A DNA stretch of 64,000 nt from Syntrophaceae bacterium UBA6252 (lineage in GTDB: Bacteria; Desulfobacterota; Syntrophia; Syntrophales; UBA6807). The notes beneath the pieces were generated by a model. The model saw only the letters and a program-made list of their open reading frames with translations, made no database searches and was not told the DNA's origin. Where the stretch lies: contig DJVQ01000045.1 of assembly GCA_002441265.1 (NCBI GenBank), forward strand, positions 57,575 through 121,574, read 5' to 3'. Below are positions 18,770 to 28,427 of the stretch, piece by piece (position 1 is the stretch's first letter; the number at the start of each line of letters is the position of its first letter). Made by a program: the position numbers and the translations under genes.

Positions 18770-19449
18770 ACGAACGGGGAACGAAGGCCCCTCTCCGGAG
18801 GGAGGCATACGACCGGAGATACGCCATGACGCTCCGGGAATGGCTCCTTCATCACCAGGAGAAGATCGTCTTCACGGAAGTGAAATGGATGGGGCTTCCC
18901 GCGTGGAAGAACCCGCTCGATGCCTGGATCTACCAGGAGATCGTCCATGAGGTCCGTCCGGAGGTGATCGTCGAAATCGGAAGCCGGTACGGCGGGAGCA
19001 CGAGGTTCTTCGCCGATCTCCTGGACATCCTGGGAAGGGGGATCGTCGTTTCCATCGATATCGACAGGTCCCTCTACCAGTGCCGCCATGAGCGGGTCGT
19101 CGAGCTTACCGGAGGAAGTTCGGAACCGGCCGTCCTCGACGAGGTGCGGTCCCTGTGCCGCGGGAAGACGGTCCTCGTCATCCAGGACGGGGACCACCGG
19201 AAGGAGCAGGTCCTCCGGGATCTCGTGAATTACGCGCCCCTCGTAACGCCGGGAAGCTATTTCATCGTGGAGGACGGGATCGTCGATCTGTTTCATCACG
19301 GGGACGGCCTCGGATTCGAGGAGGAGGGCCCGCTGGCCGCCACGGAGGAGTTTCTTGCCGGAAACCCGGGATTTGCCGTCGACGAAACCCGGGAGCGGTA
19401 CCTCCTCACCTACAACCCCCGGGGATTCCTGAAAAGAATCGGGCCGTAA
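18766..19449 (+). CDS. CmcI / cephalosporin-hydroxylase family (rhamnosyl O-methyltransferase-like) protein
   Basis: WMGLPAWKNPLDAWIYQE, VEIGSRYGGS, QDGDH and GSYFIVEDG motifs; ATGA overlap with the upstream lipoprotein. Confidence 0.85.
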   Translation: MNERGTKAPLRREAYDRRYAMTLREWLLHHQEKIVFTEVKWMGLPAWKNPLDAWIYQEIVHEVRPEVIVEIGSRYGGSTRFFADLLDILGRGIVVSIDIDRSLYQCRHERVVELTGGSSEPAVLDEVRSLCRGKTVLVIQDGDHRKEQVLRDLVNYAPLVTPGSYFIVEDGIVDLFHHGDGLGFEEEGPLAATEEFLAGNPGFAVDETRERYLLTYNPRGFLKRIGP

Positions 19450-19571
19450 GACGGCGGGACAACCTGCCGTCGGGCGCACGACCCCGGGGAAGGGACGTCT
19501 CTGAGAAGGTCGTGGACGCATCCGGACGGTGAGATCCTCCGACCTGCCGGACGATCTCGAATCGAAGGGCG

Positions 19572-20438
19572 ATGGAACACGAGGAAACCATTCAGACGAT
19601 CACGCCGGCGGGGACACCGGTCGTTCCGTTCCTCAATCCGGTCCGGCTGTTCCTCCATCTCTGGGGATTCCGGGAGATCATCCGCCCCATGACCCGGCGG
19701 GAAATCGCCGGCCGCTACCGCGGCTCCTGGCTCGGCGTCGGCTGGTCCTTCCTCCAGCCCCTTCTCATGCTGTGCGTGTACACCTTCGTCTTTTCCGTCG
19801 TTTTCGAAATCCGCTGGGGCATGTCCGGCGAGGAATCCCGGTCGGCCTTCGCCATCGCCCTGTTCATGGGGCTCATCTCCTTTTCCATTTTCTCCGAGAC
19901 GGTCAACGCGGCGCCGTCGGTGATCCTTTCGAACCCGAACCTGGTGAAACGGGTCGTTTTCCCCCTGGAGGTCCTTCCCCTGGTCCGTCTTCTCGGTTCC
20001 TTCGTTCAGGCCTTTTTCAGCCTTGTCGTGCTCGTTCTCGCCATGATCGCCGTTTTCGGGACCGTCCCGTGGACCATCCTCCTTCTCCCCCTGGTGTGGC
20101 TCCCCCTGGGGCTTTTCACCCTGGGGATCGCCTATTTCCTTGCCGCCATCGGCGTCTTCATCCGGGACACGGGCGCCCTGACGTCGATCTTCACCACCAT
20201 GCTCCTGTTCCTTTCCCCCATTTTCTATCCCCTGAGAGCGGTGCCGGAACGATTTCACTTCCTCTACCGCCTCAATCCCATCGCCGTTTTCGTGGAGGAG
20301 GCCCGCAAGGTGGCCCTGTGGGGAGCTTTTCCCGACTGGGGCTGGCTTTTTGCGGCGGCCGTCTTTTCCCTGGCCGTCTTGATTTTCGGGTTCCTGTGGT
20401 TTATGAAATCGAAAAACGCCTTTGCGGACGTCCTGTAA
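19572..20438 (+). CDS. wzm: Polysaccharide ABC transporter permease Wzm
   Basis: RYRGSWLGVGWSFLQPL, NLVKRVVFP, SPIFYP, LNP and FADVL C-terminus. Confidence 0.92.
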   Translation: MEHEETIQTITPAGTPVVPFLNPVRLFLHLWGFREIIRPMTRREIAGRYRGSWLGVGWSFLQPLLMLCVYTFVFSVVFEIRWGMSGEESRSAFAIALFMGLISFSIFSETVNAAPSVILSNPNLVKRVVFPLEVLPLVRLLGSFVQAFFSLVVLVLAMIAVFGTVPWTILLLPLVWLPLGLFTLGIAYFLAAIGVFIRDTGALTSIFTTMLLFLSPIFYPLRAVPERFHFLYRLNPIAVFVEEARKVALWGAFPDWGWLFAAAVFSLAVLIFGFLWFMKSKNAFADVL

Positions 20439-20475
20439 GGTCGGGACGGAACGGCGGAGAACGAGGTTTTCATTC

Positions 20476-21777
20476 TTGAATCGCGATCCGGTCATCCTGG
20501 GAACGGGCCTGGGGAAGTGCTACCCCATCTATCAGGCGCCGGTGGACCGCCTCAAGCAGTCCTTCTGGCGGCGCAGGAAGGTCTTTTACCGGGAGTTCTG
20601 GGCCCTCCGGGACGTCTCCTTCGGGATCCGAAAAGGGGAAACGGTGGGACTCGTCGGTTCCAACGGCTCGGGAAAATCGACCCTCCTTCAGCTCATCTCC
20701 GGCGTCCTGCGGCCGACCGAGGGAAATCTTCGGATCCGGGGGCGGGTCTCGGCGCTCCTCGAACTCGGGGCGGGCTTCAACCCGGACTGCACGGGCCGGG
20801 AGAACGTCTTCATGAACGGCGCCATCATGGGCATCCCGCAGCAGGAAATCGAAAAACGCTACGACGATATCCTCCGGTTCGCCGACATCGGGCCCTTCAT
20901 CGATCAGCCCGTGAAAACCTATTCGAGCGGGATGTACGTCCGTCTCGCCTTTGCCGTGGCGGTTCACGTGTCGCCGGACATTCTCCTCGTGGATGAAGCC
21001 CTTGCCGTGGGGGACCTCCGGTTCCAGCAGAAATGTATCGCCCGGATCCGGGAGTTCTGCGAGAAGGGGACCGTCCTTTTCGTCTCCCACGACCCCTCCG
21101 TGGTCCGGGAACTGTGCAGCCGCGTCATCTGGCTGGAAGGCGGGAGAATCCGCGGCGACGGCCCGCCCCGGGAGGTGGTGGACCGTTACCTCGCCTATAT
21201 GTACGAGGGGGAAAAGGAACCGGCGGGTGCGCGGCCGCAGGACGCGGCGGGCCCGGGGGAGGAAGGTCCGGAAGACCTTCTCCGGGGCTTCCTCCCCGTC
21301 GACAGCGCCTGCCAACAGTTCGGCGACCGGCGGGCGGTCATCGAGGCCATCCGGGTCCGGTCGCGGAACGGAACCGCCGGGGTCGTCTATTCCGGGGACC
21401 CCTGCGAGATCAGCCTCTATTTCCGGGCCCTCGAAAACGTGGACCGCCCCGTGGCGGGATTCGTCGTCCGGGACCGTCTCGGCCGGGAACTCCTGGCGGA
21501 CAACACGGCGCTGCTGAAAAAGGATCTTCCCCCCCTGTCCAAAGGGGGCGGGTATATCCTCACCTTTCATCTCGACTCCTGGCCCAATCTCCGGGAGGAG
21601 GAATATTCCCTCACCGCCGCCGTGGCGGACGGGAGCCTCACGGACCACGTCCAGTGCCACTACGTCCACGACGCCCTGGTGATCCGGAGCGTTCCCGTGC
21701 GGATGCCCGGGGCCATCCTTTCGGTGACGAAAACGGAAATTTCCCTGGGGAAAGTGGAGGGCGGCCATGCATCGTAG
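20476..21777 (+). CDS. wzt: Polysaccharide ABC transporter ATPase Wzt with C-terminal carbohydrate-binding domain
   Basis: Walker A GSNGSGKST, YSSGMYVRLAF, DEALAVGD and an extended Wzt_C domain; probable TTG start at 20476 after GAGG. Confidence 0.9.
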   Translation: MNRDPVILGTGLGKCYPIYQAPVDRLKQSFWRRRKVFYREFWALRDVSFGIRKGETVGLVGSNGSGKSTLLQLISGVLRPTEGNLRIRGRVSALLELGAGFNPDCTGRENVFMNGAIMGIPQQEIEKRYDDILRFADIGPFIDQPVKTYSSGMYVRLAFAVAVHVSPDILLVDEALAVGDLRFQQKCIARIREFCEKGTVLFVSHDPSVVRELCSRVIWLEGGRIRGDGPPREVVDRYLAYMYEGEKEPAGARPQDAAGPGEEGPEDLLRGFLPVDSACQQFGDRRAVIEAIRVRSRNGTAGVVYSGDPCEISLYFRALENVDRPVAGFVVRDRLGRELLADNTALLKKDLPPLSKGGGYILTFHLDSWPNLREEEYSLTAAVADGSLTDHVQCHYVHDALVIRSVPVRMPGAILSVTKTEISLGKVEGGHAS

Positions 21778-22414
21778 CTCCTATGAGAAGATGACCGCTT
21801 TCCGGGACCGTCACCTCGGGGACAGGAAAGCCTCGCCCCTGCTCATCTACGATCTCGGGAGCTGCGAGGTCAGCGGCGGGTCCTACCGGCCCCTCTTCGA
21901 TCTGCCCCCCTGGCGGTACCGGGGGATCGACCTGGCGCCGGGAAAGAACGTGGACGTGGTTCTACGGGATCCCTACCACTGGCGGGAGATCCCTCCGGAC
22001 AGCGCCGACGCCGTCGTTTCCGGCCAGGCCCTGGAGCATGTGGAATTTTTCTGGCTCGTCGTCCTTGAAATCTGGCGGATCTTGAAACCGGGGGGGCTTT
22101 GCTGTATCATCGCACCCTCCGGCGGCCCGGAACACCGCTACCCCGTGGACTGCTGGCGGTTTTTCCCCGACGGGATGCGGGTTCTGGCGCGGTACGCGCC
22201 ATTCGAGGTCCTGGAGATTTACGGGCAGCAGGGGGCGACCGGCCATTCCGACGGAAGCGACCTCTGGCAGGATGCCGTCCTGGCGGGCAGAAAGCCCGCC
22301 CTTCCCGCGGCGGGGAGGATCCTGCAGGCCGTCCGGAGGTACCTGATCCGGAAATGCACCCTTTCTCCGGGGGGTGGCGACGAAAAAAGAGGAGGGGGGG
22401 ACAGGCGCCCGTGA
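21767..22414 (+). CDS. Class I SAM-dependent methyltransferase
   Basis: DLGSCEV, SGQALEHVEFFW, LKPGGL and HRYPVDCWRF motifs. Confidence 0.85.
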   Translation: MHRSSYEKMTAFRDRHLGDRKASPLLIYDLGSCEVSGGSYRPLFDLPPWRYRGIDLAPGKNVDVVLRDPYHWREIPPDSADAVVSGQALEHVEFFWLVVLEIWRILKPGGLCCIIAPSGGPEHRYPVDCWRFFPDGMRVLARYAPFEVLEIYGQQGATGHSDGSDLWQDAVLAGRKPALPAAGRILQAVRRYLIRKCTLSPGGGDEKRGGGDRRP

Positions 22415-24666
22415 CACAGGAAAAGAAGGCATTCCGCCGGTTCGACGTCTTTTCCCTTTCCGGGGTGTTCCGGAGTCCCCGGCGGCTCACCGACGTGGAC
22501 TGCTGGCACCTGCACATCCCGTTCGCCTTCGCCGTGGTGGAAATCCTGCGGCCCCGGGTCATCATCGAACTGGGGACCCACAAGGGGGATTCCTACTGTG
22601 CCTTCTGCCAGGCGGTGGACGAGCTGGGCCTCGGGACGGCCTGCTATGCCGTGGATTCCTGGGAAGGGGACGAACAGGCCGGGTTCTACGGATCCGAGGT
22701 CCTCGAGGAACTGAAAGCCTATCACGACCCCCTTTACGGCCGGTTCTCACAACTCGTGAAATCCCTTTTCGACGAGGCCCTGCCGTATTTCGAGGAGGGA
22801 ACGGCGGACCTGCTCCACATCGACGGCTGTCACACCTACGAGGCGGTGAAGCGGGATTTCGACGCCTGGCTCCCCAAGGTGAGCGACCGGGGCGTCGTCC
22901 TTCTCCACGACACCAACGTCCGGGAGCGGGAATTCGGCGTCTGGAAACTCTGGGAGGAGATCCGACGGTCCGGGATGCCCCACTTCGAGTTTCCCTTCGG
23001 CAACGGCCTGGGCGTCCTCGCCCCGGGAAAACGGCCCGATCCCGCCATGACGGCGTTCTTCGAGGAATGCCGGTCGAACGGCGCCGCGGTGATCTCCTTC
23101 TTCCACGGACTGGGGAAGAACCTCTCCCTGACCAGGGAGAACGAAAGGGCGAAGGAGGAACTGGGACGCTTCGCCGCTGTGACGAAGGATCTCTCCCGGG
23201 CCCTCGAGGAAAAGGACCTCGCCCTCGCCCGCGCGGACGGATGGCTCCGGGATGCGAAGACGGAGCTGGGGGACCATCTCCGGGAATCCCGGGAGCGGGC
23301 CGCCGCGGCGCAGGAAAGGATTCAGGCCCTCGAGGAACTGGCGGAGGCCAAGGAGGGACAGCTCCAGCAGGCGGACCTCTGGCTGCGGGAGGGCCAGGCG
23401 GAACGGGAGCGGCTCCAGGCCGAGGTGGAGAACCTTCGGATCCTAGCGGAAACGAAGGATCGGACCCTGCGGGAAATCTATTCGTCGAAGGGATGGAAGT
23501 GGCTGAGCCGGTATCGGAGGCTGAAAGGCGGCTTTTCCCGGAACCGGGTCCCACCGCCGTCCCCGCCCGCGGAAGGGGCCCCGACGGAGGAGCCGTTCCG
23601 GGCCTGCGAGATCGGGATCCTCCATCCCGTGGAGACGAACCGGAAAAAAGTCGTTCACGCCATCGCCAATTTCATGACGGGCGGTTCGAGCCGGCTCGTG
23701 GCCGATCTTTTCGAGCGCCTGGGACACCGTTACGACCAGGAGGTGATCACGTTCTTCGCTCCCGACCCGCCGGCGTACCGCGGCATCCCCGTCCATGATT
23801 TCTCCCGTCTGGAGAAGCCCGGCGACGTGGCCGCCTTTCTCCGGGACCGTCAGGTGTCCCTGGTCCATCTCCACTACTGGGGGGAATGCGACGAGGGATG
23901 GTACCGTCTCGTCCTCGAGGGACTGAGGGGCCTTCCCGTCCGGGTCATCGAAAACGTGAACACCCCCGTGGCACCCCTGGTGGACGACGTCATCGACCGC
24001 TACGTCTACGTGAGCCGTTATGCCCTGGAGTTCACGCCGCCGGTAAGGGAGCGGTCCCTGGTGATCCACCCGGGAAGCGATCTGACCCTTTTCAGCAGGG
24101 ACGGCGCACCCGTTCCCGACGACGTGATCGGCATGGTGTACCGCCTCGAGGGGGACAAGCTCCGGGAGGACGCCGTCGAGGTTCTCCTCGACGTGGCGCG
24201 GCAGCGGCCGGCGACACGGGTCCTCGTCGTCGGCGGGGGCACGTTCCTCGAACCCTGGAGGAAAGCAGCGGCCGAGGCGGGGCTGGCGGACCGTGTCCGG
24301 TTCACCGGGTACGTCTCCTACGACCGCCTTCCCGGGTACTACCGGGAGCTCTCCGTTTTCGTCGCCCCCGTCTGGAAGGAGAGTTTCGGCCAGGTTTCCT
24401 CCTTCGCCATGAGCATGGGGATCCCCGTGGCGGGGTACCGCGTCGGCGCCCTCAAGGAGATTCTCGGCACCGGCGAGTGCCTGGGCCGGGACCGGGAGGA
24501 ACTGGCGAAGATTCTCATCGGGCTTCTCGACGACCGGGAAAAACGGCTCAGGATCGGAGAGGAGAACCGGAAGAGGGTCCACGAACTCTTTTCGGTGGAG
24601 GCCATGGCGGAGAAGTACGGCGCCCTCTACGGGGAGCTTCTGGGGACGGATGAAAAAGAAGGGTAA
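22411..24666 (+). CDS. Methyltransferase - coiled coil - GT4 glycosyltransferase fusion (candidate chain terminator/length regulator)
   Basis: GTG start overlapping the upstream TGA. ELGTHKGDS, LLHIDGCHTYEAV and LLHD methyltransferase (Methyltransf_24-like); ~120-aa E/K/R/L/A-rich heptad region; SSKGWKW linker; C-terminal GT-B with ESFG motif. Confidence 0.85.
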   Translation: MTQEKKAFRRFDVFSLSGVFRSPRRLTDVDCWHLHIPFAFAVVEILRPRVIIELGTHKGDSYCAFCQAVDELGLGTACYAVDSWEGDEQAGFYGSEVLEELKAYHDPLYGRFSQLVKSLFDEALPYFEEGTADLLHIDGCHTYEAVKRDFDAWLPKVSDRGVVLLHDTNVREREFGVWKLWEEIRRSGMPHFEFPFGNGLGVLAPGKRPDPAMTAFFEECRSNGAAVISFFHGLGKNLSLTRENERAKEELGRFAAVTKDLSRALEEKDLALARADGWLRDAKTELGDHLRESRERAAAAQERIQALEELAEAKEGQLQQADLWLREGQAERERLQAEVENLRILAETKDRTLREIYSSKGWKWLSRYRRLKGGFSRNRVPPPSPPAEGAPTEEPFRACEIGILHPVETNRKKVVHAIANFMTGGSSRLVADLFERLGHRYDQEVITFFAPDPPAYRGIPVHDFSRLEKPGDVAAFLRDRQVSLVHLHYWGECDEGWYRLVLEGLRGLPVRVIENVNTPVAPLVDDVIDRYVYVSRYALEFTPPVRERSLVIHPGSDLTLFSRDGAPVPDDVIGMVYRLEGDKLREDAVEVLLDVARQRPATRVLVVGGGTFLEPWRKAAAEAGLADRVRFTGYVSYDRLPGYYRELSVFVAPVWKESFGQVSSFAMSMGIPVAGYRVGALKEILGTGECLGRDREELAKILIGLLDDREKRLRIGEENRKRVHELFSVEAMAEKYGALYGELLGTDEKEG

Positions 24667-26047
24667 AAAAGAAAACTCCCTCCGGGTCCTCCTCCCGGTC
24701 CACGTCTTTTTCCCGGGCCATATCTACGGGACGGAGACCTACACCCTCGAACTCGCCCGTTCGCTGCGCCGGCTGGGGCACGAGGCGTCCATTCTCACGG
24801 CCGTCCCCTGGGGCGAGGAGGGGCCGGGGGCGCTGCTTACCTCCTATGTCTACGACGACTTTCCCGTCCACGTGATCGACCTGAACGGGATGCCCAACCG
24901 CCGTTTCAAGGACACCTATTACCGGCCCGAGCTGAAACCCCTTTTCCGGAAGGTCCTCGGGGAGGTCCGCCCGGACCTGGTCCACGTCACCCATCTGATC
25001 AACCACACGGGAAGCCTCCTCGAAGCCGTCGGGGAATCCCGGATTCCCGCCGTGGCGACGCTGACGGACTTCTTCGGATTCTGCTTCAACAACAAGCTCG
25101 AAGCCCACGACGGCTCGCTGTGCCTCGGCCCGGACCGGTTCTCGTCCAACTGCCTTGCCTGCTACCTCCGCAGGGCCGGCGCGTTTCCCCTCAGGCGGGC
25201 GGTGAAGCCCTGGATCCGCCGGGACCGTTTCGTCGCGGGGGTTTCCCGTCTTCTCCCTTTCCTGATCCAGGTGCCCGGTCTCAGCCGGGGCGCCCTGGCG
25301 GGACATGTCCTCGACGTCACGGCGCGGAAAAACACCCTCCGGCACCTCTACGGAACCTACCGGGCCCTGATCGCGCCCACGGAATTCCTGTACCGGGCCT
25401 ATGGCGACAACGGCTTCTACCCCGAGCGGCTGAGAAAGATCCATTTCGGCATCAGCCAGGAACTTGTCCGGGGGTTCGACCGGCCGAGAAAGAACGGCGG
25501 GGGACCCGTCCGGTTCGGCTACATCGGCCAGATCACGGCCCACAAGGGCGTGGATCTCCTGGTCGACGCCTTTCTCCGCCTCGGGACGAAGAACGCCACC
25601 CTGACCGTCTACGGGCCGGGGGATCAGGACCGCCCCTACATGGATGCGCTGCGGAAGGCGGCGGACGGGGCGAAGGGCGTCTCGTTTCGCGATCCCTTCC
25701 CCCCGAAGGACCTCACGGAACGGCTCGCCGGTTTCGACGTCCTCGTCATCCCTTCCCGGTGGTATGAGAACAGCCCCCTCGTCCTGCTCTACGGCCTGGC
25801 GACGAGGACCCCTGTCGTGGTGACCGACGTGGAGGGCATGAACGAATTCGTCCGTTACGGAGAGAACGGATTCACCTTTCGGAAAAACGACCGCGACCAC
25901 CTCACGGCCGTTCTGCGGAAATTTACCGACGACCCCCGGTGGGTCGAAATCCTCTCCCGGAACGCCTCGTACCGGAAGGACGTGGAGGACCATGCCCGGG
26001 AGGTCGTCGCCGTCTACGAATCGGTTCTCCGCGGCGGGAGGTCATGA
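24650..26047 (+). CDS. GT4 family glycosyltransferase
   Basis: HVFFPGHIYGTE, HKGVDLL and PSRWYENSPLV motifs. Confidence 0.88.
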   Translation: MKKKGKKENSLRVLLPVHVFFPGHIYGTETYTLELARSLRRLGHEASILTAVPWGEEGPGALLTSYVYDDFPVHVIDLNGMPNRRFKDTYYRPELKPLFRKVLGEVRPDLVHVTHLINHTGSLLEAVGESRIPAVATLTDFFGFCFNNKLEAHDGSLCLGPDRFSSNCLACYLRRAGAFPLRRAVKPWIRRDRFVAGVSRLLPFLIQVPGLSRGALAGHVLDVTARKNTLRHLYGTYRALIAPTEFLYRAYGDNGFYPERLRKIHFGISQELVRGFDRPRKNGGGPVRFGYIGQITAHKGVDLLVDAFLRLGTKNATLTVYGPGDQDRPYMDALRKAADGAKGVSFRDPFPPKDLTERLAGFDVLVIPSRWYENSPLVLLYGLATRTPVVVTDVEGMNEFVRYGENGFTFRKNDRDHLTAVLRKFTDDPRWVEILSRNASYRKDVEDHAREVVAVYESVLRGGRS

Positions 26048-27414
26048 GGATCGCCTACACCACCCACCAGTTCTTCCCCGAGTACGGCGCGGGGACGGAG
26101 GTGCTCACCCTGCGCACGGCGCGGGAAATGCGCGCCCGGGGGCATGAGGCCGTCGTGTTCACCGGGTATCCCGTGAAGGGACAGTTCTCCCGGGAAAACG
26201 CCGAGGACGCTTACGAGTATGGCGGACTTCCCGTCTTCCGGTTCCGCCATTCCAACACCTGGTCCCTCCTCCCGAAAAACCCCATGGAGGCCGAGTATGA
26301 AAACCTCTTCTTCGCCGGCCTCTTCCGGAGGGAACTCCGGCGATTCCGGCCTGACGTCGTTCATTTCTATCATCTCCAGCGGGTCTCCGCCTCCGCCGTC
26401 GCCGTCTGTCTCGAACTGGGAATCCCCATGGTGTACACGGTCACCGATTTCTGGCCCCTGTGCCCGACGAACCAGCTGCTTCTTCCCGACCTTTCCCTGT
26501 GCGAAGGGCCCGACGGGGACGGGGCGAACTGCATCGCCCACCTGGCGGGGATTCACGGGGGCGCCGCCGGAAGGTTTTTCCGGGCCCTTCCGCCAAGGGT
26601 GCTGGGAAGGCTTGCCCGGATCTCCGGGATGGTCCCCTGGCCCGAACGGAGCATCCCCGCCATGGCGAAGGCGCTTGCGGCGAGGCCGGGCATCCTCCGG
26701 GAACGGATGAACCGCATCGACGCGATCCTCGTCGCCACGGGCTTCATGGGGGAGACCCTGGCCCGTTTCGGGGTGGAGCGGGAGCGGATCCGCCGGGTTC
26801 CCTTCGGGATCCCCGGCGGCGACGGAACATCCCCCCGGGCGGCGGATCGAGGGGGGAGGGAAACGTTCCGTGCCGGGTTCATCGGAACCCTTTACGAGCA
26901 CAAGGGCGCCCACGTTGTGCTCGAGGCGCTGCGCAGGCTTCCGGCGGATCTTCCCGTCGAGGTTCTCCTTTACGGCGATGCCGGATGGTTCCCCTCCTAC
27001 GGGGAACGTCTCCGGTGCCTCGCCGGGGGAGACGGGCGGGTCCGGTTCTGCGGCACCTTTCCAGGAGAGAGAACGGGGGAAGTTCTGGGCGGCATGGACG
27101 TTCTCGTCGTCCCGTCCCTGTGGCACGAGAATTCCCCTCTTGTGATTCTCGAGGCGCAACGGGCGGGGGTTCCCGTCATCGCCTCCCGGGTCGGCGGGAC
27201 GAGCGAGCTCATCAGGGAAGGCGAAAACGGGTTCCTCTTCGAGCGGGGGGACGACGGCGAACTGGCCCGGATCCTGGAACGGCTGTGCCGGGACGGGGAT
27301 CTCGTCGGAAGGCTTTCCCGGAACGCCCCCGCGCCGAGAACGATGGAATCCTATGCCGGCGAGATCGAGGGGGTCTACCGCGCCCTGGCGACCGGGGATT
27401 CGGTGCACCGGTAA
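26044..27414 (+). CDS. GT4 family glycosyltransferase (paralogue of upstream gene)
   Basis: ATG 26044 overlaps the upstream stop; HQFFPEYGAGTE, HKGAHV and PSLWHENSPLVILEA motifs. Confidence 0.88.
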   Translation: MRIAYTTHQFFPEYGAGTEVLTLRTAREMRARGHEAVVFTGYPVKGQFSRENAEDAYEYGGLPVFRFRHSNTWSLLPKNPMEAEYENLFFAGLFRRELRRFRPDVVHFYHLQRVSASAVAVCLELGIPMVYTVTDFWPLCPTNQLLLPDLSLCEGPDGDGANCIAHLAGIHGGAAGRFFRALPPRVLGRLARISGMVPWPERSIPAMAKALAARPGILRERMNRIDAILVATGFMGETLARFGVERERIRRVPFGIPGGDGTSPRAADRGGRETFRAGFIGTLYEHKGAHVVLEALRRLPADLPVEVLLYGDAGWFPSYGERLRCLAGGDGRVRFCGTFPGERTGEVLGGMDVLVVPSLWHENSPLVILEAQRAGVPVIASRVGGTSELIREGENGFLFERGDDGELARILERLCRDGDLVGRLSRNAPAPRTMESYAGEIEGVYRALATGDSVHR

Positions 27415-27416
27415 AT

Positions 27417-27473
27417 GTAGTCCGGGGCTTCAGCCCCGGCGGCGGAAACGCCGGCCCTGAAGGGCCGGACGAC
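27417..27473. repeat. Inverted pair of GTAG-type REP palindromes (REPIN-like)
   Basis: GTAGTCCGGGGCTTCAGCCCCGG, short spacer, then CCGGCCCTGAAGGGCCGGACGAC, whose reverse complement is GTCGTCCGGCCCTTCAGGGCCGG. Confidence 0.65.
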
Positions 27474-27493
27474 GGATTCGGAGAGAGGAGCCA

Positions 27494-28423
27494 ATGAACT
27501 GTCTTGTCCTGGGCGGAGCGGGATTCATCGGGTCTCACCTGGTGGACGCCCTTGCCGGAAGGGGCCACCGGGTCCGGGTTTTCGACCTTCCCAACATCAG
27601 CGCGGAGAACCTGCACCGTTCCCTTCCCTCCATCGAGGTCCTGGGGGGGGATTTCGAGAACCGGCGCGCCGTGGCCGAAGCCCTCGAAGGGATGGAGACG
27701 GTCGTTCATCTCGTCTCCACGACCCTCCCGGGGCCGTCGAACGAGAATCCCGGGTACGACGTGGAGACGAACGTCATCGGCTCCATCCACCTCCTGGAAG
27801 AGGCCGTTCGCCAGGGGGTCCGGAAGGTGGTCTTCGCCTCCTCCGGCGGGACGGTCTACGGGATTCCCGAGACCCTTCCCATTCCCGAATCCCACGGGAC
27901 GAACCCCATCTGCTCCTACGGGATCACCAAGCTCGCCGTCGAAAAGTACCTCACCCTGTTCCACCATCTCCACGGCCTCCGGCACACCGTCCTCCGGCTT
28001 GGAAATCCTTACGGGGAACGGCAGCGGACGAGCGGCGTCCAAGGCGCCGTGGCGGTCTTTCTCGGAAGGACGCTGCAAAACGAGGAGATCACCATCTGGG
28101 GGGACGGGACCGTGGCCCGGGATTACTTTCACGTGAGCGACCTGACCCGGGCCCTGCTCCTTGCCGTCGAGAAGGACCTCCCTTCCCCGGTCTACAATGT
28201 GGGAAGCGGCACCGCCACGTCCCTCCTCGAGATCCTGGAGACCATCGGCGCCGTGACGGGCCGGCGACCCGAGGTCCGGTTCACGCCGGCGAGAAAGCTC
28301 GACACCCCCCTCAACTGCCTGGACATCCGGAAAATCCGGACCGAGGCGGGTTGGGTCCCGACGGTGTCCCTGCGGGAGGGGATCGCCAGGACGTGGGAGT
28401 GGATGCAATCGAAAGGCCGGTGA
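27494..28423 (+). CDS. NAD-dependent epimerase/dehydratase (extended SDR)
   Basis: GGAGFIG, SSGGTVYG, YGITK and RLGNPYG motifs. Confidence 0.9.
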   Translation: MNCLVLGGAGFIGSHLVDALAGRGHRVRVFDLPNISAENLHRSLPSIEVLGGDFENRRAVAEALEGMETVVHLVSTTLPGPSNENPGYDVETNVIGSIHLLEEAVRQGVRKVVFASSGGTVYGIPETLPIPESHGTNPICSYGITKLAVEKYLTLFHHLHGLRHTVLRLGNPYGERQRTSGVQGAVAVFLGRTLQNEEITIWGDGTVARDYFHVSDLTRALLLAVEKDLPSPVYNVGSGTATSLLEILETIGAVTGRRPEVRFTPARKLDTPLNCLDIRKIRTEAGWVPTVSLREGIARTWEWMQSKGR

Positions 28424-28427
28424 CGGA

